Assembly (NCBI GenBank): GCA_965228735.1
Contig: OZ245838.1
Location: 6,336,001-6,400,000 of the forward strand
From: Planctomycetota bacterium
Lineage (GTDB): Bacteria; Planctomycetota; UBA1135; UBA2386
Length of the DNA: 64,000 nucleotides
Direction: 5' to 3'
Part shown: positions 58,301 through 64,000 of the stretch, piece after piece
Position numbering within the stretch: position 1 is the first letter of the stretch
Layout of the letters: each line of letters opens with the position of its first letter
The notes under the pieces: generated by a model
What the model was told of the DNA's origin: nothing
Database searches by the model: none
Seen by the model: the letters and a program-made list of their open reading frames with translations, nothing else
Made by a program: the position numbers and the translations under genes

Positions 58301-58998
58301 CGCTGAGTTCGGCGAGCGAGAACGTGCTCTACGCGCACACGACGTCGAGTCAGATCCGCTCGCCGGCCGGCGAACTCGTCGGAAGAACGGCGGGTGGGCA
58401 GAGTGACGACCCGTGGTCGCTCGGCGTCCCGGCCGGGGTCGGTGGCCCGTTCGTGCTGCTCTGTCGGCAGCACGTCGGACTGCGGCAGCAGGTCGGCGGC
58501 GACGGCGAGGCCTGGCTGGTCGATCTGCGTGACGGGGCGCGGCACGAGCTTCCAGGGGGGCCGTGGGGGCGTGGCGGTATCGCGCCGGGCGGCGACTACG
58601 TCGTGTTGCCCGACCCGGCCGGCGGCCTCGTCGTCTACGACCCGGAGACGCGGCAGTTCGGCGAGCCGCTGCGCGGCCATGATCGGCCACTGAACCACGT
58701 TCGCTTCTCGGCGGACGGCGCGCTGTTCGCGACGGGCTGGGCGTCACGGGGCTTCGCGAAGAAGCTCGATGGCCGGCGCGTCTGCGTCTGGTCGCGCGCC
58801 GGTGAGCTCGTGCAGCGCTTCGACTTCGACCGTGCGAGCATCAGCTGGTTCGACCTCTCGGCGGACGGCGAGTGGGTCCTGATCAAGACGTCGGACGGCG
58901 AGCTGCGCCGGTATCCGGTGCAGCCCCTGCGCATCGTCGCGGCGCTGCAGCTGCGCGATTTCACCGCGGCCGAACGGGAGCGTTTCGGGCTACGGTGA
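55336..58998 (+). CDS. Ser/Thr protein kinase with TM helix and WD40-like propeller
   Basis: GRGGQG, VALK, HRDVKPSN, DFG, GTPAYMSPEQ. GH...(F/W)S.DG repeats. Confidence 0.93.
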   Translation: MTTYDTPDAPLVVAAFLARYFADAEAGTVRDRSAYEALFPGFAAVVAAEYDRLERDREAAARPAARSDEVAGERLGGYRIERELGRGGQGIVYLAVDERLDRRVALKVLPGAYSATVARQRLLREAQAASRLDDPGICTVYDAGEEDGVAFIAMQLVEGESFADRIERERRAGNAPSALAAAERVRELLAAFEAVLRSLHRAHEKGLVHRDVKPSNLMLAADGTPRILDFGLASFDDHPDGSLTGEVALGTPAYMSPEQLTAREGRVDARSDVFSLAVTFYEVLTLAHPFEAPTRERLYQHILQGEPRALRRVLPGLPKDLDVALQCALAKDRTRRYATALAFAEDLRAVRLREPIAARPVGWPGRTLRWAQRNPVVAGLAALLFVTLTASAVFFAMQSARLGDALRATEDSRATAASALVRERAARERAEGLHLVGMARSQLGEDPELALLLARASRRRLDHHLTRSTLRAALERWQPRPFVPGVDAASWVRLEPGGQRVAIGNGDEVVLFDRRTNAEIARLPCPGASSSRLWWSDDGAHFVLAPGNDLNRYVDGTVADGPLTVTLHDGATGAQLAELGGHRGRLTAVDFEAGWVATGDSAPQIAAPRGGTVRVFELAAATAGPAFELDGAGQGVAIVRFFGPERAGRWPDLEVVSRDGEFRRLQGGRGVVLESRRLVEPGTKRLPELHLGRSGEVFVRAADELRRYEARTDDEPTVGPRTAGAHMLTHAGGLVCWSDTAAVLVDAGSLERLREFVMPPREIVQLDMGRQIAAQASFTSTTRTTFYETTAVAAFADGSCRVWSLPTGEFRDVPPIGGGIVAADFAQQGAVAAVIDPTGRVRTFELFGAPLLPAVTGVTDHTFDALHPDGRRVVTFRDGDALCVDLATAAVLWEVDPRAGAQFEVATWSPDGAVCAIGADDGEVRLVRALDGSVEHRIAGAGREVLELSFSADGRTLALSRHGVEFCDRESGELRPAPAAIGEHAVSVALSSASENVLYAHTTSSQIRSPAGELVGRTAGGQSDDPWSLGVPAGVGGPFVLLCRQHVGLRQQVGGDGEAWLVDLRDGARHELPGGPWGRGGIAPGGDYVVLPDPAGGLVVYDPETRQFGEPLRGHDRPLNHVRFSADGALFATGWASRGFAKKLDGRRVCVWSRAGELVQRFDFDRASISWFDLSADGEWVLIKTSDGELRRYPVQPLRIVAALQLRDFTAAERERFGLR

Positions 58999-59684
58999 TG
59001 ACGATGATCCCGCCCGAGGAGCTCGACACGCGGGCGCACGTCCAGCGCGCCGTCGTCGGGGGCGACGCCGCGAGCCTCGAGATCCTGATCGCACGGCTGT
59101 CGCCGCTGCTGCTCGCGCAGGCGCGGTTGCGGATCGGGCCCGCGCTGCGGCGGGTGATCGAACCCGAGGACCTCGTGCAGGAGGTCTGGGCGATCGCGTT
59201 GCCGCGGCTGCCCGAGCTCGGGCGGCGACCCGGGAGCGCCGGCGAACGTTGCGCATCGGGCGCATTCCGATCGGCCGAACTCGAACCTGCCGAACTCGAA
59301 CCTGGCATCCTGGTGGCGTTCCTCGCCCGCACGCTGACCTATCGCTGCAATGACCTCGTGCGGAAGTACATCGCCGGCAAGCCGCGCGCGCACGGCTCGT
59401 CCGTCGGCATGCTCGCTCGGCTGCCGGGCGACCAGAGCGGGGCCGTGACGCGGGCGGTCCGCCGCGAGACGGACGACATCGTCCGGGCCGCGATCGACCG
59501 GCTCGACGAGTTGGACCGGCAGGTCGTCGTGATGCGTGGCATCGAGCGCCACGCGCACGCCCAGATCGCGGCCGTCACGGGGCTGACCGCGAACACCGTC
59601 GCAGCCCGGTATCGCCGGGCCTTGCACAAGCTGTCGGAGCTGCTGCCAGCCGAGATCGCGGCGCTGTTCGCCGTCGCGACTTGA
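58998..59684 (+). CDS. ECF sigma-70 factor (kinase-associated)
   Basis: GDAASL..L, EPEDLVQEV, region 4 HAQIAAVTGLTANTVAARYRRAL. TGATG overlap with the kinase stop. Confidence 0.85.
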   Translation: MTMIPPEELDTRAHVQRAVVGGDAASLEILIARLSPLLLAQARLRIGPALRRVIEPEDLVQEVWAIALPRLPELGRRPGSAGERCASGAFRSAELEPAELEPGILVAFLARTLTYRCNDLVRKYIAGKPRAHGSSVGMLARLPGDQSGAVTRAVRRETDDIVRAAIDRLDELDRQVVVMRGIERHAHAQIAAVTGLTANTVAARYRRALHKLSELLPAEIAALFAVAT

Positions 59685-59746
59685 CGCCAAAGCCGGTCGT
59701 GGATGCACTATAGGACGCCCGCGCTTTCGCTCGGGCGGGACGCATC

Positions 59747-62602
59747 ATGTACTCCAACAAGGTCCTCGATCACGGCACTCCGGCCAGCAAGGCCACAGAA
59801 CAGGTCACCGTTCACATCGACGGCAAGCCGGTGGTCGTGCCCGCCGGCACGTCCGTCATGCGGGCGGCGGTCGAAGCCGGAGTCAAGGTGCCCAAGCTGT
59901 GCGCGACCGACAGCCTCGAGAGCTTCGGCAGCTGCCGGCTCTGCGTCGTCGAGATCGAGGGGCGGCGCGGCTACCCGGCGTCGTGCACGACGCCGTGCGC
60001 GGACGGGATGAAGGTCACGACCCAGAACGACAAGCTCGCCGACCTGCGGCGTGGGGTGATGGAGCTCTACATCAGCGACCACCCGCTCGACTGCCTGACG
60101 TGCACCGCGAACGGCAACTGCGAGCTGCAGGACATGGCCGGCGCGGTCGGGCTGCGCGAGGTGCGCTACGGCTACGACGGGGCGAACCACCTCGACCAGG
60201 AGAAGGACCGCAGCAACCCGTACTTCACGTTCGACGCGACCAAGTGCATCGTCTGTTCGCGCTGCGTGCGGGCATGCGACGAGATCCAGGGGACGTTCGC
60301 GCTCACGGTCGAGGGCCGCGGGTTCGAGTCCAAGATCGCGGCCGGGCCGACGAACTTCATCGACAGCGAGTGCGTGTCGTGCGGCGCGTGCGTGCAGGCG
60401 TGTCCGACGGCGACGCTCATGGAGAACTCGCTCGAGGACGCGGGTCAGCCCGACCACGCCGTGACGACGACGTGTGCCTACTGCGGCGTGGGGTGCTCGT
60501 TCCGCGCCGAGATGAAGGGCAACGAGGTCGTGCGCATGGTGCCGCACAAGGACGGCAAGGCCAATCACGGGCACAGCTGCGTGAAGGGTCGTTTCGCCTG
60601 GGGCTACGCGACGCATCCCGACCGCGTGAAGGCGCCGATGATCCGCGAGAAGATCACCGACCCGTGGCGCGAGGTGACGTGGGAGGAGGCGTTCGCACAC
60701 ACTGCCCGGGAGGTCAAGCGCATCCAGGCGAAGTACGGCCGCGGCTCGGTCGGCGGCATCACGAGTTCGCGTTGCACGAACGAGGAGACCTACCTCGTGC
60801 AGAAGCTCGTGCGCGCCGCGTTCGGCAACAACAACGTCGACACCTGCGCCCGCGTGTGCCACTCGCCGACGGGCTACGGCCTCAAGCAGACGCTCGGCGA
60901 GTCGGCGGGCACGCAGGATTTCGACAGCGTCGACCACACGGACTGCGTGATCGTGATCGGCGCCAACCCGACGGACGGTCACCCGGTGTTCGCGTCGCGC
61001 ATGAAGCAGCGACTGCGCGAGGGAGCGGGCCTGATCATCATCGATCCGCGCCGGATCGACCTCGTGCGGACGCCGCACGTCGAGGCGGACTACCACCTGC
61101 AGCTGCGACCGGGCACCAACGTCGCCGTGATGAACGCGCTCGCGCACGTCGTCGTGACCGAGGGCCTCGCCGCCGACGACTACATCGCGGAGCGCTGCGA
61201 TCCGGCCGAGTTCGAGAAGTGGAAGGCGTTCATCAGCGACGACAAGAACTCGCCCGAGACGCTCGAAGCGGACACCGGGGTGCCGGCGGATCAGATCCGC
61301 GGCGCGGCGCGGCTGTTCGCGAAGGCGCCCAATGGCGCGATCTACTACGGTCTCGGCGTCACCGAGCACAGCCAGGGCAGCACGGCGGTCATGACGATCG
61401 CCAACCTCGCGATGGTGACTGGCAACATCGGCCGGCCCGGCGTCGGGGTGAACCCGCTGCGCGGCCAGAACAACGTGCAGGGCAGTTGTGACATGGGCAG
61501 CTTCCCGCACGAGCTGCCGGGCTACCGCCACGTCAGCGATCCCGACGTGCGCGCCATGTTCGAGAAGCTCTGGGGTGTTGCGCTCGAGCCGGAACCGGGC
61601 CTGCGCATCCCCAACATGTTCGACGCCGCGCTCGACGGCTCGTTCAAGGGGCTCTACGTCCAGGGTGAGGACATCGCGCAGAGCGATCCCGACACCAAGC
61701 ACGTGCTCAAGGCGCTCGAGTCGCTCGAGCTGCTCATCGTGCAGGACATCTTCATGAACGAGACGGCGAAGTACGCGCACGTCATCCTGCCGGGCAGCTC
61801 GTTCCTCGAGAAGGACGGCACGTTCACCAACGCCGAGCGCCGCATCTCGCGTGTGCGCAAGGTCATGCCGCCGCTCGCCGGCCTCGCCGACTGGCAGGTC
61901 ACGGTCAAGCTCAGCGCGGCGCTCGGCTACGAGATGAAGTACTCGCACCCGAGCGAGATCATGCAGGAGATCGCGGCGCTCACGCCGACGTTCACCGGCG
62001 TGACCTACGAGAAGATCGACGAGCTCGGCAGCGTGCAATGGCCGTGCAACGATCAGGCGCCCGAGGGCACGCCGTACATGCACGAGAAGGAGTTCGTGCG
62101 CGGCAAGGGCCGGTTCTTCGTCACCCAGTACGTAGCGACGCCGGAGCGCACGACGCGTAAGTTCCCGCTCATCCTCACGACGGGGCGCATCCTGAGTCAG
62201 TACAACGTCGGCGCGCAGACCCGCCGCACGGAGAACAAGGTCTGGCACGACGCCGACGTGCTCGAGCTGCATCCGCACGACGCGGAGCACCGCGGCATCA
62301 ACCACGGCGATCTCGTCGCGATGACGAGCCGGCAGGGTGAGACGACCATGCGCGCGGTGCTCACGGAGCGCATGCAGCCGGGCGTCGTCTACACGACGTT
62401 CCACCACCCCGAGTCGGGCGCCAACGTCGTCACGACGGACAACTCGGACTGGGCGACCAACTGCCCCGAGTACAAGGTCACGGCCGTGCAGGTTCAAAAG
62501 GTCGTCGCGGACAAGTCGGAGTGGCAACAGGGCTTCGCCTCGTTCGAGAAGCAGCAGGAATCGCTGCTGCCGCGGCCGGAGCAGCAGGAGGCCGGCAAGT
62601 AA
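59747..62602 (+). CDS. fdsA: NAD-dependent formate dehydrogenase alpha subunit (Mo-bisPGD, Cys ligand)
   Basis: PKLCATDS...GSCRLC, KCIVCSRCVRAC, TCAYCGVGC, DTCARVCH, PLRGQNNVQG. Confidence 0.97.
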   Translation: MYSNKVLDHGTPASKATEQVTVHIDGKPVVVPAGTSVMRAAVEAGVKVPKLCATDSLESFGSCRLCVVEIEGRRGYPASCTTPCADGMKVTTQNDKLADLRRGVMELYISDHPLDCLTCTANGNCELQDMAGAVGLREVRYGYDGANHLDQEKDRSNPYFTFDATKCIVCSRCVRACDEIQGTFALTVEGRGFESKIAAGPTNFIDSECVSCGACVQACPTATLMENSLEDAGQPDHAVTTTCAYCGVGCSFRAEMKGNEVVRMVPHKDGKANHGHSCVKGRFAWGYATHPDRVKAPMIREKITDPWREVTWEEAFAHTAREVKRIQAKYGRGSVGGITSSRCTNEETYLVQKLVRAAFGNNNVDTCARVCHSPTGYGLKQTLGESAGTQDFDSVDHTDCVIVIGANPTDGHPVFASRMKQRLREGAGLIIIDPRRIDLVRTPHVEADYHLQLRPGTNVAVMNALAHVVVTEGLAADDYIAERCDPAEFEKWKAFISDDKNSPETLEADTGVPADQIRGAARLFAKAPNGAIYYGLGVTEHSQGSTAVMTIANLAMVTGNIGRPGVGVNPLRGQNNVQGSCDMGSFPHELPGYRHVSDPDVRAMFEKLWGVALEPEPGLRIPNMFDAALDGSFKGLYVQGEDIAQSDPDTKHVLKALESLELLIVQDIFMNETAKYAHVILPGSSFLEKDGTFTNAERRISRVRKVMPPLAGLADWQVTVKLSAALGYEMKYSHPSEIMQEIAALTPTFTGVTYEKIDELGSVQWPCNDQAPEGTPYMHEKEFVRGKGRFFVTQYVATPERTTRKFPLILTTGRILSQYNVGAQTRRTENKVWHDADVLELHPHDAEHRGINHGDLVAMTSRQGETTMRAVLTERMQPGVVYTTFHHPESGANVVTTDNSDWATNCPEYKVTAVQVQKVVADKSEWQQGFASFEKQQESLLPRPEQQEAGK

Positions 62603-62832
62603 TGGACGGTCCGAAGCTCGTGCGCATGGCGAACCAGATCGCCGACTTCTTCGCGGCCGAGCCCGTGCACGCGGACGCCGTCGCGGGGGTCGCGGGCCAC
62701 CTGCGGAAGTTCTGGGATCCCCGAATGCGACGGCAGATCCTCGAGGTCCTCGACGCGGGTGGTGACGGCATGCGGCCGCTCGTTCGCGAAGCGCTCGAAC
62801 AGCACCGCGGCGACCTCGCGCCGACGAGCTGA
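62602..62832 (+). CDS. fdsD: NAD-dependent formate dehydrogenase delta subunit
   Basis: KLVRMANQIADFF...VAGHLRKFWDPRMR. TAATG overlap with fdsA. Confidence 0.93.
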   Translation: MDGPKLVRMANQIADFFAAEPVHADAVAGVAGHLRKFWDPRMRRQILEVLDAGGDGMRPLVREALEQHRGDLAPTS

Positions 62833-62888
62833 CGTGGTGTGTGGACGTCGACCGGACGCGATCAACATGACGGTCCGACGTGACTGGC

Positions 62889-64000
62889 GTGCATGAGAGG
62901 GAGCCGGGCGGGCGTACCCGACCGGGTCGCCGGCTCTGGCCACGCGTCGGCCTGGCGCTCGTGGTCGCGCTCGTCGGGCTCGAGCTCGCGCTGCAGGTTC
63001 TCGCGTTCGCGGCCTCGCTCCTGGTCGCGCCGGTTCCTGCCACCGCGGTCCCGGATGGAGCGCGCGTCGTCGTGTGCGTCGGCGATTCGTTCACGTTCGG
63101 GCTCGGCGCGACGGCTCCCGACGCCAGCTACCCGGCAGTGCTCGAAGCCCGGCTGCGAAGCGAGCAGGACGCGGCGTGGGTGACCGTCAATCGCGGGTAT
63201 CCCGGGCGCAACTCCCGTGAGGCAGTGATCGCGTTGCAGCGCGCGCTGACGACGATGCAGCCCGAGTTCGTCTGCATCGTCGTCGGGGTGAACGACGCGT
63301 GGTCGCGGCCCGACCGGCTCGATCGCGCTGCCGTCGAGACCGTTGCCGACGCCGCGGCAGAGCCCGGCTTTCGGTGGGAGTGGCGGACCCTCCGGCTGCT
63401 GCGCACGGCGCGCCAGTGGAACCCCTGGGGAGCTGGCGAACCCGCGCCAGAGTCAGGAGTCGTCGAGCCTGGAATCGTCGAGCCTGGGGTCGTCGAGCCG
63501 CCGGCCGAAGACCCGAGTGCGCCGGTCGAGACCCGGCCCGGGGGCGACCGGCCGACCGCGACGGTCAGCGGCCATTGGCGAAGCGTGGATGGCGTCGTCG
63601 ACCTGCACCTGCTGCGCTCGGGTGCGCTCGAGCTCGGCGCGTTGACCGGTCGCTGGCAGCCGGGCGCCCTGGCCGGCCAGCTCGAGCTGCGGTTCGACGG
63701 CATGCCGGCAGTGTTCGTGGTCGACGTCGCGCCGGATGGCAGCACGCTCAGCGGCGTGATTGCCGGCGGCGTGGAGGTCGTACTGAAGCGTGTGCGCGCC
63801 GGCACGTTGGCGGTCGAGGCCGCCCGCGCTCTGCTCAGGCGACGCGAATACGACGAGGCGGAGGTCGCGCTGCGCTCGGTGCTGGCCGGCCACGTGGATG
63901 AACCTCGGATCGAGGCGCTGGCCCGCGCCGGGCTCGCGGAGGTCGCGATGCACCGCGGGAACGTCGATTCTGCAGCTCGCCATGCCGATCGTCTGCGTGA
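62889..64000 (+). CDS. SGNH/GDSL hydrolase with N-terminal membrane anchor, 3'-truncated by window edge
   Basis: Not in the ORF track (no stop in window). GLELALQ anchor, VVCVGDSFTFG, VNRGYPG, VGVND. GTG start at 62880 or 62889. (G[VI]VEP)x3 repeat near 63456. Confidence 0.8.
   Translation, partial: MHEREPGGRTRPGRRLWPRVGLALVVALVGLELALQVLAFAASLLVAPVPATAVPDGARVVVCVGDSFTFGLGATAPDASYPAVLEARLRSEQDAAWVTVNRGYPGRNSREAVIALQRALTTMQPEFVCIVVGVNDAWSRPDRLDRAAVETVADAAAEPGFRWEWRTLRLLRTARQWNPWGAGEPAPESGVVEPGIVEPGVVEPPAEDPSAPVETRPGGDRPTATVSGHWRSVDGVVDLHLLRSGALELGALTGRWQPGALAGQLELRFDGMPAVFVVDVAPDGSTLSGVIAGGVEVVLKRVRAGTLAVEAARALLRRREYDEAEVALRSVLAGHVDEPRIEALARAGLAEVAMHRGNVDSAARHADRLR

Noticed and set aside
59681..59714. 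Sigma70 promoter for fdsA (TTGACG ... TATAGG)
   Set aside because: The spacing of about 22 nt is too long to call.
59747..62602. Selenocysteine formate dehydrogenase
   Set aside because: The active site reads CARVCH and there is no in-frame TGA.
3762..63094. Long antisense/alternate-frame ORFs (e.g. 3762-5972, 25139-28066, 31183-34416, 43203-46847, 55165-58221, 59708-63094)
   Set aside because: These are R/A/G/P-rich shadows of real genes, caused by stop-codon scarcity in high-GC DNA.

Overview
High-GC (roughly 70% by eye) bacterial DNA whose gene content points to a Planctomycetota genome; this is an inference. Housekeeping content: LPS/lipid A enzymes, gcvT-gcvH-lipoate ligase, otsAB fusion plus GH15, metG, acyl-CoA dehydrogenase, cyclophilin, tRNA-Arg(TCT), and an NAD-dependent formate dehydrogenase operon (fdsG-fdsB ... 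fdsA-fdsD) split by a 9.9 kb block. Highlights: (1) a five-gene MglA/Roadblock module in which the MglA GTPase has a long low-complexity linker and a C-terminal membrane anchor, next to three Roadblock-domain proteins and a membrane-spanning DUF4388-TPR-PEGA-PQQ protein; (2) six secreted proteins with mostly unrelated cores share a ~130 aa C-terminal domain, and ten secreted proteins appear to start with Gln after signal cleavage; (3) three ECF sigma factor + Ser/Thr kinase pairs; (4) a REP/REPIN-like hairpin family with CCGTACGGAACCWGGTTCA ends; (5) a 52 aa Lys-rich histone H1-like gene missing from the ORF track; (6) a ParDE toxin-antitoxin pair and a nucleotidyltransferase-toxin remnant at the tRNA 3' side. 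No CRISPR array, rRNA, integrase or transposase was seen. All family assignments are by motif recognition by eye; no searches were run.
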